This document shows positions 25,725 through 37,035 of a stretch of 64,000 nt of DNA, piece by piece (positions within the stretch are counted from its first letter, which is position 1; every line of letters begins with the position of its first letter). Location of the stretch: contig OZ038378.1 of the NCBI GenBank assembly GCA_964036045.1, positions 37,262,001 through 37,326,000 of the forward strand, in the 5' to 3' direction. Under the pieces are notes generated by a model. It saw only the letters and a program-made list of their open reading frames with translations, was not told the origin of the DNA and ran no database searches. A program made the position numbers and the translations under genes. The DNA comes from Eutreptiella sp. 'Long Island Sound 2002'. Taxonomy: Eukaryota; Protista; Euglenida.

Positions 25725-28719
25725 TTGCGTCTTGCGCCCCGTTGGTTCCAACGGTCTGATCTTTCACAAGGTAGCATTGATCCCTCTGCAAACCCCTCAA
25801 TTGATCTGGCATCCCAATTCAGTGCCCTGGACGATGCCCCCTCCAAGCACAAGCGGAAACGTGGTGACACAGCAAAGGGGAAAGATGCTCAAGTGAAACT
25901 TGGTGACCATACTAAAGACCTGGAGGTCCCACTGCCCCTCAGCAGACTGCAATGGGACAAACAAAGGGAGCATGGCCAAATCAGAGTGTTGGATGAAGAT
26001 CTTGTCCTGGACAAGTGGACAGAACTACGCAGGAATCCACCAGGTGCAGCCAAAATCCGAATCATAGTGTGGCGTGCCGCAGTGGAGCAGTACTGGATCT
26101 TATCGGGGCAGCATATCGCCGAGGCCTGTCGACGAATCTCACGGGAGTACATGAATGCTCATCTGCAACCGCCAACATGGTCAGTGCAATTTCTTGCTCA
26201 AGTGGTTCGTACGAATGTCTCTCTACACATATGGGAGTCAATCGCTAGCACGTCACAGGTATATCGAATGTGACAGTGCACTGCGACACTGCATGCCCAC
26301 ACCAGTGAAATATCCTGCGCCTGTGACGTGCATCTCGACGTGCCAGTTCTCCTTGGTGACCGGCCGCTTCGTTGGGGGGGGGGATAACTGCTGTGACCAT
26401 CCGTCACATCACAGGCTTTGCAGTCTGCCACGACCCTGCCGAAGCTGTCCACACGGATGCAACTTCTGCGTGTTGAGCTGGACCGCGATTAACGGGAGGA
26501 GAAATCCATACGAGAACACCTGGGAGTGCTGTACGTGAAGGGTGGCTATACACTGAAGGAGGGGACACTGGTATGCCTGGTGTTGCACAGGGTGGCAGTA
26601 CAGGAACTATGTGCACATGCGTCCCTGGCCAGGACAGTTGTCGCATGCAACAACGAAGGCTGTCACAGTTGTCTGGAACCAGACACTTGATGTATTTTTA
26701 TCCGTATCAAAGCCTCTGCCAGGACCTCCATGTCTGGAACCAGACAACATTTCAGTGATGCGGCCTGTCAAGCAGAATTCCTCCTGATAGTGTCTGGAAG
26801 CAGACACAATTTTTTGTATCCCTCTCAAAGCCTGTACCTCGACCACGATGTGTGGAACCAAACAACATTTCACTGATGCGGCTTGTCAAAGCAGAATTCC
26901 TCCCGTTGTGTCTGCTAACACCCCTGTCTGCTCTGCTGGACACTGTCAGAAAAGCCTGGTTTCCGATTGCCGCGTGGGTGCAAGTGATGGGGGATAAGGC
27001 TGTGGCTGCCGTCGATGGATTGGAGAAGCGTGGACTGCCAGTAAAGTTGCACGTTTGGAAGTGCATCGAGGCCCCCATCCCACCAGACCTCGAGGAGGTT
27101 ACGCAGTACATGGGCTCCAGCAATGTGTCACTGCCAATGATTACGAAAAGGGCAAAGCAACTGAACGCTGCACGTCTGTGGGAACATCATCTCTGCCACC
27201 CGGACAACGACCTGGATGACCCCAGTCGCAAAACGCTTGCAGAACGGGCCCGCTGTGAACACAGTCTCTTGTCGAAGACCCATGTCACCTTCAAGGCGTA
27301 CAATTGCAAGTGGTTTGAGAAGAACTGCTAGCCCCCATGGAAGTATGTTGTCACTGCTGCAATGTGGAGTGACCCCACGTATGCTCCCCTCGGTGATGCC
27401 TTGAAACGTCCCCTGGTGAACCCTGAGGTCAAGATCGCTGCTGATGTCAACTTCATCACCGTGAACATCGGGTCTGAGGCCCCAGAGGCGGGGGTGACCG
27501 ACAGCAAGTCCCTGGATGGGGTCATGCATATTACTGGGATGGCATCTGGTACGCCGCTGCACTCTACGGTGGCCAACATGCCGTATTGCCTCATCATTGT
27601 TGAAGTTCCAAAGGGACATATCGAAGGCATTCGTTCCGTTGTCAGCCGCAATTTGGTATCTGGGACGCTTGTTCTCATTGTCGGCTCCGCTTGTGACGTC
27701 CTGGGAGTGCTGGATGGTCTCCGAAAGTTGCAAGACAACGAGGGGTTGACAACAATTTGCGTGGCCTGCTTTATTCTGGGATCTCTCACACAGCAGTAGT
27801 CGATGGGATTCACTGAGCTATGGATTGTTTCCAAAGATCCGCTACCCAAGAAGGTATTGCTGTCTGCTGTTGCTACCTGCTGCCTGCTACCATAGTCACG
27901 TTGGGTGCACCGTTGAATCCTAAAGTTTGTCTGGAACCAGACACGTATGAGGCACAATGCGTCCTCAAAAAGGTAAATTGTGGGAAACTGTCTGGAACGA
28001 GACAACATCAGCCAGTCCAACTGCAGCGGTAGGGGTCTCAGACTCACTGTTCCCTTATACAGGTGCCTCGCTACTTTGCGTTTTCTCGTGGTCCAATGGT
28101 GAACCAGCTGTGTACGGAGGTTGTTGGGTTTATCATGCACCACTCGGCGGATGCAGTACCCTGAGAAGCAAGTACCCTGTGGTTCCTGGTGATCAGTAGT
28201 TCTGTACAGCTGGCCTGCAGTCTGGCAGTGCGCATGCCAGTACCCATCAGTGTGGTTCTGGGTTTGCCCACGGAGCAGGAGTCTATTGCAGACGTTGGTG
28301 CCCTCGTATGCAGCAATTTACGCATTGCTGATGGGCTGAGCCCTATTCCCTGGAATGCAGTGTTTGAAAATTTCGCGGACGGGTGCCCTGTGGACTGCAG
28401 CTGTGTGCCTGAGAAGGCAGAGGGAGAGCAGGAGTCTGAGGAGGAAGTGGAAGAGGTGGGCGCCACCCTAGAGAACGCTGTGTATGGTACACCAAAGCAA
28501 TCACGGGGCCCTGGCAAAAAAGGTGGTCGCACACGCAAAGGAGACGAGAACAGAGCCTCCGGATCACAGTCAAAAGGCAAAGGCAACAAAAAAGCCCGGG
28601 CATCACCTCCTGACGAGTGTGCAGCTGCGGGAACCGATTCTCAGCCGTCTGCTTCCAAGAAGGCCAAGATTGGGTTTCAGGCATGGAAGGAACGGTTCAA
28701 TGGCTCCAAAAAGAATTAA
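25725..28719 (+). pseudogene. Accessory gene B: spliced; N-terminal ParB/Srx-like domain, putative degenerate beta-class DNA methyltransferase-like region, acidic/Lys-rich tail
   Basis: GQIRVLDEDLV..IRIIVW..YWILSGQH resembles the ParB-fold GxH(R) box. MWSDPTY and VANMPY resemble motif IV (DPPY/NPPY). The GT-AG intron 27854-28062 joins KDPLPKK|VPRYFAF in frame; further donors at 26259 and 26571, where exon phases are not fully resolved. Confidence 0.5.
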
Positions 28720-29400
28720 ACTTGCTCTGTTGTAGTTGCTGTTGGTTGCACACTGTTGTTGTAAGCTTGCTCAGTGACCACGATATCTATTCATAAGATA
28801 TAAACGTTGTGGCACCCTGTTGGCGTGCCAGTCTGCGCTCTGGGTCCCAGTGGCCTGTTTTGGCCTTTTTCCCTTCCCGATCACGAGACTGACAGTCCCT
28901 TGTCACTTTTTTATGTCATTCGGGTGCGGACCACAGTTCTTTTTGTGGAATACAACAATTTTTCACCAAGTTACGCGTTCTGTGTCTGGAACCAGGCAAC
29001 TGTTTGCGATTATTGTCCCTGTGCAGCAGGTTTTGGTGAGCTCTGTTTGTTTCCAGACAAACTTCAGTATTTCACTGTCTGCAGAACAAATTTGGATGAA
29101 AATGGTATGTGTCGACGAGTAGTGCCTCCGCTGGTGTAGTGAGATTGAACCGTGCAGATACACACATGCATTCCGTGGGGTTCCTCCTCACAATTTGACT
29201 GTTTTTCCCATAGTTCACAGGGCCCATCCTCAAGTTTGTGTTGTGCGCAAATTGCCAAAAACGTATATGGGGGTAGTCAAAAACGAGCGGAAGAAGACGT
29301 GCGCTACTTGTTGCTAAAAATTCACCACTGTAGGACGCGTTTTTGATGACCATCATCTGCGACATTTTTTTCGGGGGCGCGTTGGGGGGGGGGGGGGGGG

Positions 29401-30399
29401 GGCAACTTGGGCCGTCTAAGACAATAGCACAACATACCTGCAAAGGTCATCGTCATTCCCGCCACCATCATGCACTTGATGCCATCGCCAAAACGTAGGA
29501 AAGGCATGGCTAGGGCAGGGCAAGGGGATGCGACAAGCAAGATAAGAGAAGGGGTTCGCATGGGGTAAGCGGGGGGACGCAGCATGGCAAAAGGGGAGGG
29601 GAGGGGATAAGGACGGAGGGGAATGAGTGTGTCATGGTGTAAGTCAAGATGGTTGTATGATGAACGTCACAAAAGCGAGCAATATCCTCTGTGCCCTATT
29701 TGTGCTGCATGGCGTGCGCGCCCGTGTGTGTGTGTGTGTGGGGGGGGTGCCATTGTCATGAGGCAACAAGGAACACCCTCGCAAATGGCTAGGTTCATAT
29801 CCCCGAACCCCAACCCCGTAACCATCTCTCCCTAGCCCTTCACTTCGCGTGGTTCAATGTGGCCATGTGTTGATAACCATGCAAGATAATTGCACACAAG
29901 AATGAATGTGGTTGTCAATTTGTGCATGTGCATGTGTTGGTGGACGTGTGTATGGGTGTATGTGTGTGTATGTGTTTGGATATTTGTGTCCCTCACGAAG
30001 TGTGTGTGTTTGGATGTTTGTGTGTTTGTCCAATCCCACTCCAAAACCCCAACTGCATGTATGCAAGTATGTATGTGTGCATGCACGCTCAAGTTCTTGG
30101 AGAAAAGACATGGTGACAACTGCGGACCGGTGTTGGTGTGAAAAGGGTGAAGTGTGGGGCGGCAAGGGTGGGAAGAGAGGGCGGAAAGGGGGAGAAACTC
30201 CTGAGTGAGCCCCGAGTGAGCCCTGAGTGAGCCCCTAATTAGCTCTCAGTGAGCGCTCAGTGAGCCATTTGGCGCGCTCAGTGAGAGCCAAGTGAGAGCT
30301 AAGTGAGAGCTAAGTGAGCCGCCTCAGTGACCCCTTACTGACGCCTCGGTCGGGCGCTCACTCAACTGAGCGGTCGCCAAAAAAAGTACCCCCCCCCCC
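29401..30399 (-). repeat. Right TIR of element B
   Basis: ggcaacttgggccgtctaag (29401-29420) is the rc of cttagacggcccaagttgcc (22241-22260); other matches as listed for the left TIR. Confidence 0.85.
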
Positions 30400-30679
30400 T
30401 TGAACCTTGACCAAGTGACTATCTAAAACTTCTAAAAACATTAAATGCACATTACGTAGCATGCAAACAGCACAACAAACAAGCACAAAAACATCGCAAG
30501 GCACACCTGAGCCCCAAATGACCCTCAACTTAACATTTCCATTTAGCCACCAGTGAGCCGCAGCCACATCAAGGAATGGAACTGTTGCGAAGAAGCCCAA
30601 GCATTAGCACTGTTGATGTGCAACTCAGTGGAACTATTGGTAACGGGGTGAATTTTATTTTGTTTTATTTTCTACTTTT

Positions 30680-31010
30680 CCTGCATGTTGATGACAGAAC
30701 TATATGTGACTGCAGCCCATGTATTTGATTTTCTTTCATTTGATGTTGCAATATGGATTGAGGCTACAAAGCAGTGAACGGTGATGTCAACAACCCGCTT
30801 TCTGAATGTGCACATATACTCTGTGCCTAGGCTCGGCCATTGGATCTCCCAAAAATTCCTACATGTTGATGACAGAACTATATGTGATTGTAGCTCATGT
30901 ATTTAATTCCATTCATTTGATGTTGCAATATGCATTGTGATGTCAACAACCCTTTTTGTGAATAAGCACATCCGCCATGCTTTGTGCTTGAGCTCGGCCA
31001 TTGGGTCCCC
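30680..31010. repeat. Tandem duplication, 2 x ~178 bp
   Basis: cct(g/a)catgttgatgacagaactatatgtga starts at 30680 and 30858. Confidence 0.85.
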
Positions 31011-34000
31011 CAAACATGGTGCTCAAAGTGCCCCCCCAAGTTGTTGCCCCAAATTCTTCCAAACATGGGTGGTTTGCACGGTTGAAATCGGTACAAAGAA
31101 AAATTGTCCATTATTTCAGGACCCCACTTAAAGAAATGGCAGAACACAAAAGACGACCCCTGTTTTTGGGCCGCGCCAAAAATTGTGCATACTGAATGGT
31201 CTCCGACTTTTGAGGGTTGCCCCCCCCCCCTCCCTACATTTGCATGGACACCCCGCATACAACGCGGGAAGCCTCTTCTTGAAAAAGTACTGACTCTTGA
31301 ATGGTGTAAGGCCGCATAAAATTGACCTGATCACGACAACCGACCTACCCAGTCGGAATTAGTGTCAAACTCAATGCTCGCGCAAAGAGATCACCGCCCA
31401 TCTTAGAATGGATGGACTGAAAAGAAGGAGCAACCTCAACCGGGGGCCTAGAGGTCGGCCGCCGTACATGTATACAAAGGGGATGACAATGAGAACAAAA
31501 ATGGGTGTTTTTGCCAAAGTTGATGTGAGCGGTTGTCCTCGTGACAATGGAAGGAACCCCATTCAATATTTGGCCGGGAATGCCTTCCCTAATAATGAAA
31601 TGGTGCTCTTCCACGGTTCGGTGGAGGACGATGTATGCTTTTGGGGAAGCACAAACACGTCACAAAAGACCACAATAGAATGGCCGCTCAAACCAAGCGC
31701 TTCAGCCACTTGAGCCACATGCCGGCCGCAATACCTTTTGACATTCGGGCCCCGAGACATGAACGAGCACTCCATGGCCAAGTAAAGGTTAGGTTGTTCA
31801 GGTCCCATCCAAAATTGAAGATGTGCAGTGGAATCCACCTTTCATGCCAACATGTTCCGCGCAGACTTTCACAATGAACAATCAGTGTTCCTTGTGCACA
31901 ACATTTGCATGCTTAATACGGTGATTGAATGTGCACATCCCAATGACGTGAAGAAAACCATTTGCCGCACGAAGAAGATCCATCCTTGTTAGACCACCAT
32001 AAAGCCATTACTGCGGTCACAAGACTGCACTCAACCGCGTGAGTGGTGGCTCCAATCGCTGCGGATGGGCGCATAGGAGGAGACCGGGTTAGTGTCAAAG
32101 AAAGGGTTCACCTACTTGATAACCCGAATGTTGACCCACCTGCCTTGAACCTTACTAAAGCCAATCAGGCCAGAATGGAGTTGGGTGGCGTGCTTTAAGG
32201 CCAGCCTGTCAAACGCGACGTCATTTCACTGCAACAAAAACCGCCATACATGTCTTTTGTTGATGGCCTCACGGAATGGGATATCTCCACCCGTAGGAAG
32301 GAACATCATTATGCGTTCTCACACGAAGAGGAAGGAAAAAACATCCAACCGGCAGATCGCATCCCCGAAGACTTAGTGCCCATCATGGGTTGTTGTCAAC
32401 CTTTCCTCACCGAATACACCTTTGAAGAGAATCGTGAATCAGTGCAGTGATCCCGACTATCCACCGACTATGGAACTCGAGGACCACGTGGAAATTTTTT
32501 ATGGGAAAAGTCGTGGTCATTGTAAAGATGCTCACTATAGTAACCGTGCAACTGACGCTGGACGGCTTTGTTGGCAGTGAAAGACTTACCATCCTCCTTC
32601 AGAGGGCGTCGATGGTACTGCTCACAGGGAAACGTAGTTGGAAACACAAGCTGGGAACGTGTGTGACTGACCTTGACACAATTCAGGGTAATAAAATCAA
32701 GAGCACACACATAGTATCCTCGATTTCCCGTACTGCTCTTGACCTAGATAATCTTGAGGAAGTTGAACTCTTTCCGTTATCTTTTTTTCGCAGAACATGT
32801 TCACACACGTGAACATGTGCCAAGTATCATTTTCACTTTGCTTTCTAACAATAGCCAAATATGTTCTCTGTTGCCCCTTGCCGCACTCAAGCAGTGGGTA
32901 CTTATATACTATGCTATGAGGGCTCATTCTTGCTATTAGCTTGGAGAACATAGTCTAAAATGCTGCCTCCGTTCATGTGACAGAACGTTTTACCACCTTA
33001 GGCGTACCCATGTGCATCAGTGCGTTTCACATTTTGTTTTTGAGAAGACTTGCCCCCCCCAGAATTGGCGCAACACATACGAGAGAGCCTCTTCAATACC
33101 CATGGTTGCTCTCTGCAGCACCACCAAGTCGGAGGGACACCACAACGACGCGGTGGTTTGTTGTTTCCGGGAGGGTGGCACACCCGTTTTAGTGGTCCAA
33201 CAGCGCGTTTCAAAAAAACTACTTGCGATGACGCGCGATTGCTGAATTGGGATCCTGAAAGTTTTCCAAGTTAGTTTCTTTGATGGTGGACACCGATTTC
33301 TTTGACTTGCATTCGATTTTTTATGATATCCTTGCGAATTTTGCTGCGTTTTTCGGAGTTTTGAATGACGGAAGTCGGTAATCAAGAGACAAAGGTTACA
33401 CATTTGTTGAACATTTATTGATTTCATTAGTTTATTTTGTGGTCTTCGACTTTTACTGCCGCTGGCGCAATGCGTAGCGTAATGATCTGTCAGCTTGAAA
33501 GCAAACGTGTTATGTCTAGATTGGGACTGTTCACTTCTTGTGCGATGCATGCCTTCTTGCGTAATGTGGAACAAACAGCCCTCTTTGATGAGGAGAAAGA
33601 AGTTGAAACCGAATGTTTGGTCAATAGTGAAAGAACTGTAATGCTGGGTGATGTGTCGTTACACATATCGGATTTTTTTTTTTAGGATAGGAACGTTTGA
33701 TCTTTGATTTGCAAGTGATGGAGCATGTGCAACTTTTGCAGTCTAGTATTTGTGTGGAGAGAGGCATTCAAGTGGATACAGCTGAACTAGATTTGTTATT
33801 GTTTCAATCTATGGAAGAAATGACGGAGCTGTTGACACAGGCGGACGACGACCTCGGGTTGGACAATGTTGCTGTAGATGAGTGGATATATTTTGTTCGG
33901 TACGAAGCAGATTGGCACGAATTATGGAGGTTGGATCCAATAGGAACAGCACAGATAGTTCACATGAATTGGGACTCATCACAACTATGTCCTACCTGCT

Positions 34001-34409
34001 TTAGTAGGCCACGGTAATATTCTTCTAAGACAAGTGTGTGTGTGCAGGTACACATGGAGGTTATGTTCTCATGTGTGAAACATGTATTGATCAGTGTACG
34101 AGTTATGAAGAAGATCGTGTCTTAGAATGGTTGTGATCGAAAAGGATGGACCATTGTTTAAGAAGTAGAAACAGCAGTGGCAGAGCCATAAAAAAAAGGG
34201 TAAGGGTGCTAATGTTGTGTAGGGTAAGGGGTCTGCGGATATTATGAATTGTAGTTGAGAGTATTTCGATTTAGTGTCTAGTGCGGAGTTGTTGTGTTTG
34301 GAGACGTGTTGTAGTTGGTATTGTTTTTGATACCTTTGCCTTTTTGTTTGGTGTGGATTTTGTACCTTATGCCCTGCAAATTGCTGCTGGGCAATTTTGT
34401 GTTTTTATT

Positions 34410-34705
34410 GCTGATGATGCTCTTGAATGCGTTTTCCCTCCCTTCATTCGGCGCCCAAAGAATGAGAGCGTCATGATGGATGTGGCCAAGAAGGTTGCCT
34501 ACATTGGCGTTGGCGCATATGCGAAGCGGGGTATTTTCTACATCTAGCACGCAATGCACTACCAGTGCAAAGAGTGAGATTGTCCGTGACATGAAGGAGA
34601 AGCTATGCTATAGTGCTCGACCCAGAGATGTTGTTGGCCACATCATCGTCTTCAGTCGAGAACGACTATATATACGAGCTGCCCAACAGCAACTTCATTC
34701 AAGGT
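34410..34705 (+). pseudogene. ACT: Actin pseudogene fragment with a large internal deletion
   Basis: DDALECVFPPFIRRPKNESVMM..AYIG..AKRGI corresponds to actin residues ~24-65. It is followed directly by TTSAKSEIVRDMKEKLCY.ALD..LATSSSSVE..YELP (residues ~200-245), with a stop and frameshifts. Confidence 0.85.
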
Positions 34706-35339
34706 CTGAGCTTCGATGAAGCCAAACCTGTTCGGGTTGCACGCTTGCGGTCCCTTGGTACACGTTTGATCATAAAGGTTGTTCCGGCAAGGACATTCCA
34801 AATGTGAATAGTGTTGGTCCGGAACATTTCCTAGTAGAACACCACGGGAACAAGTTGTAGGGATCAGATAACCCGCTCCGCTGCCATTATTTCCGAATTT
34901 TTCAAATGATGGTATTGGTCCTTTTCTTGCTTGTTGAGTGTGTCTAGGGCCTACATTCGTCAATAGAGGCCTGCTGGTACGTTTCTTAGCATTCTTCGCA
35001 CTCTCCCCTCGTCGTACACATTTCGAAATTTCGTTGTCCGTGTTCAACAGAACTGCTATTTCGCGTGATGATTATCTGTCGTTGCAACACGGGGGCATGG
35101 CCTTACCCAGTATGTTTTCGCCTTGTTGCCGTGTCTAGTGCTCGTTTTTAGTGTTGTTCCTTGGTACAAATGCTGCTAACGTCCATAGATGGCTTCCACT
35201 AGGGCTATGCGTTTCGAATTTGGGTCACCCATGCTCATTTTTTTTTAAATTACCATGCCCGCGGAAAAGACCCGGGTTAGGGAGGAAACCACCCACCTTG
35301 TCCATTTGGCGGGTGCGATGAGCCTTCAAAACGGGGATC

Positions 35340-36026
35340 GTGTATGGGGAGCTTTTGGCGGAATGGACCGTCTCCTCCCCACACGCTCGGCGTCAATTTG
35401 CTGTGGCCGTGCGTTTGGCCCAACCTAGTTGTGTTTGGTTGGTGCAGCAGGAAGCAATCACCAACTACGCCTCCGAGGTCCTTCCCCTGGATGAGCGTTG
35501 CGAACTCATCATAAACCTACGTGTGCCCAGATCAGCATGGTGTATCGTTTCCGATGTGTACACCCTCTTTGGGTTGAAGTACACGGCGGCAACCGGGTTG
35601 CCATTTGCTCGCCCAATGTGCCCCGAGGTGGCTTGCCAGTAGCGCTAGCAGGAGCTGCTGGCCCCGCTTGAGTTGGCACCCGCGGTGAGCACATCCAACC
35701 CGAAGGCCACCGGTGTCGGCTTGCCGTGGGCATCGTGGCTTCGCTACATTGCGAGCCGGTACCCGCTCAGCCGCATGATTGATTGGGCTTTCCCTTGGAC
35801 ATTCATTGTCAGGCGGGATGGCTATCCATGCGCTGTTGGGGAGTGGTCCCAAGTGAGCGTCTCAATTGTCAACATGGGCCTCTCGGGATGCATCCCCGCA
35901 TGCGTATGGGTCATCGGGCTCGCCGTCTGTGGGGACAAGCAAACGGCCACCTTGGCAAACCCTTTGGAAAGCCAACATCGATGTGCGAATTGTGTACCAA
36001 CAAGTGTTTTGGCCACATTCCGGTAA
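35340..36026 (+). pseudogene. N-terminal fragment of a second RAG1/Transib-like transposase
   Basis: WTFIVRRDGYP..VSVSIVNMG..VWVIGLAVCGDKQTATLA parallels the first-D region of the 719-2394 protein; downstream catalytic motifs are missing. Confidence 0.4.
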
Positions 36027-36637
36027 CTTGTTCCGGCAACGCTGCGGCGGTGTTTTGGCCATTTGTTGGAACTCCCATTGGAAACTTTGGTTCCAACAAT
36101 TTCCCTCTTTTTTTTTTCTAGGCAATCCAGCTCGTTGTGGACACCAAATAGGTGGTCTACGACGCCCGTGATATCCCGGCCGATGTTTGGTTGGGTGGCA
36201 ATGTTCTCCAACAACATCGTTGACAGCGTGAAAAGGTTCCTATAGCAGGCGTTTAACGAGCACATTGCCCGGGGCGGTGGCAAGCAAAAGGCAACCGGGC
36301 AACCTGCTTGTGGTCGCCCGCAAGCCTCTATCGACTCAGATGCTTTCAGGCAAGTGCTGCAGTGGGTTTTTCTATATTTTCGCATCCACGTGCACCAACA
36401 TCATGTTGTTCGCCATGTTCCTTGTATTCCCAGGGCTTCCCTGAGTCCGTACCCCATTCTCCGCCCCCCTTCCTTAGCTCACTTTTGTTCTTTGCTCCGC
36501 AACATGGCCGCGCCCGTCAATGGCGATATGCTGTTGATGTCGGCCGCCCTGTGGAGGGCAACACGAAACATGCAGGTGGTGGTGTGTGCATGCATGCTTG
36601 TCAATTTGTGCATCGTGTATCGTGCGCAGCCTGTCAT

Positions 36638-37035
36638 GTGTGCATCATGGCATGCCATGGCCGCGAGTGGCCTTTGCTAGGGGCTAAGGGGTAGGGGCTA
36701 GGGGCTAAGCAAGTGACGTGTGCATCATTGCATGCCATGGCCCCGAGTGGCCTTTGTTAGGGGGTAAGGGGTAGGGGCTAGGGGCTAAGCAAGTGACATG
36801 TGCATCTTTGCATGCCATCGCCACAAGTGGCCTTCGCTATTGGCTAAGGGGTAGGGGCTCGGGGCTGTGGAAGTCGCGTGTGTATCATGGCATGCCATGG
36901 GCGCAAGTGGCCTTTGCTAGGGGCTAAGGGGTAAGTGCCAGGGGTGAAGTACGTCACGTGTGCATCATGGCATGCCATGGCTGTGAGTGGCCTTTGCTAG
37001 GGGCAAAGGGGTAGGGGCCAGGGGCTAAGGAAGGA
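36638..37035. repeat. Tandem minisatellite, 5 x 80 bp, with a G-quadruplex-type motif and a 14-bp palindrome
   Basis: tg(c/t)atc starts at 36641, 36721, 36801, 36881 and 36961. The unit contains catggcatgccatg and ggggctaaggggtaggggctagggg. Confidence 0.95.

Larger units (their letters stand above)
22504..29059. repeat. Palindrome family B, GTGTCTGG-AA-CCAGACAC, ~19 copies in short ~60-bp-period arrays
   Basis: Copies near 22504, 22566, 22676, 22736, 25009, 25223, 25285, 25344, 25465, 25525, 25584, 26670, 26731, 26790, 26851, 27928, 27989, 28982 and 29047; several are degenerate. Confidence 0.9.
17221..30399. mobile_element. 13.2-kb DNA transposon with long TIRs (element B), carrying a DDE transposase, a ParB-like accessory gene and a nested foldback
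   Basis: The left end (G-run, gctcacttagctct repeats, gcgcgccaaatggctcactgagcgctca) is the reverse complement of the right end (tgagcgctcagtgagccatttggcgcgc, C-run). Inverted similarity continues inward to 22241-22260 / 29401-29420. Confidence 0.85.

Noticed and set aside
25009-26870. Palindromic repeat plus ~42-bp variable spacers looks CRISPR-like
   Set aside because: The repeat is only about 18 bp, arrays have 2-6 units, spacers are visibly related to each other (diverged tandem units), no cas genes are present, and the context is eukaryotic.
17490-30135. Direct repeats near both ends suggesting an LTR or DIRS-type retroelement
   Set aside because: No RT, integrase or tyrosine recombinase inside; the direct pair is embedded in longer inverted repeats.
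17214-30406. 7-bp TSD ttcgacc/ttgaacc for element B
   Set aside because: Two mismatches in seven and ambiguous homopolymer boundaries; not supportable.
31345-34020. Short ORFs in an AT-richer block as viral, Polinton or Helitron genes
   Set aside because: No Rep/helicase, polB, capsid or ATPase motifs were recognisable by eye.
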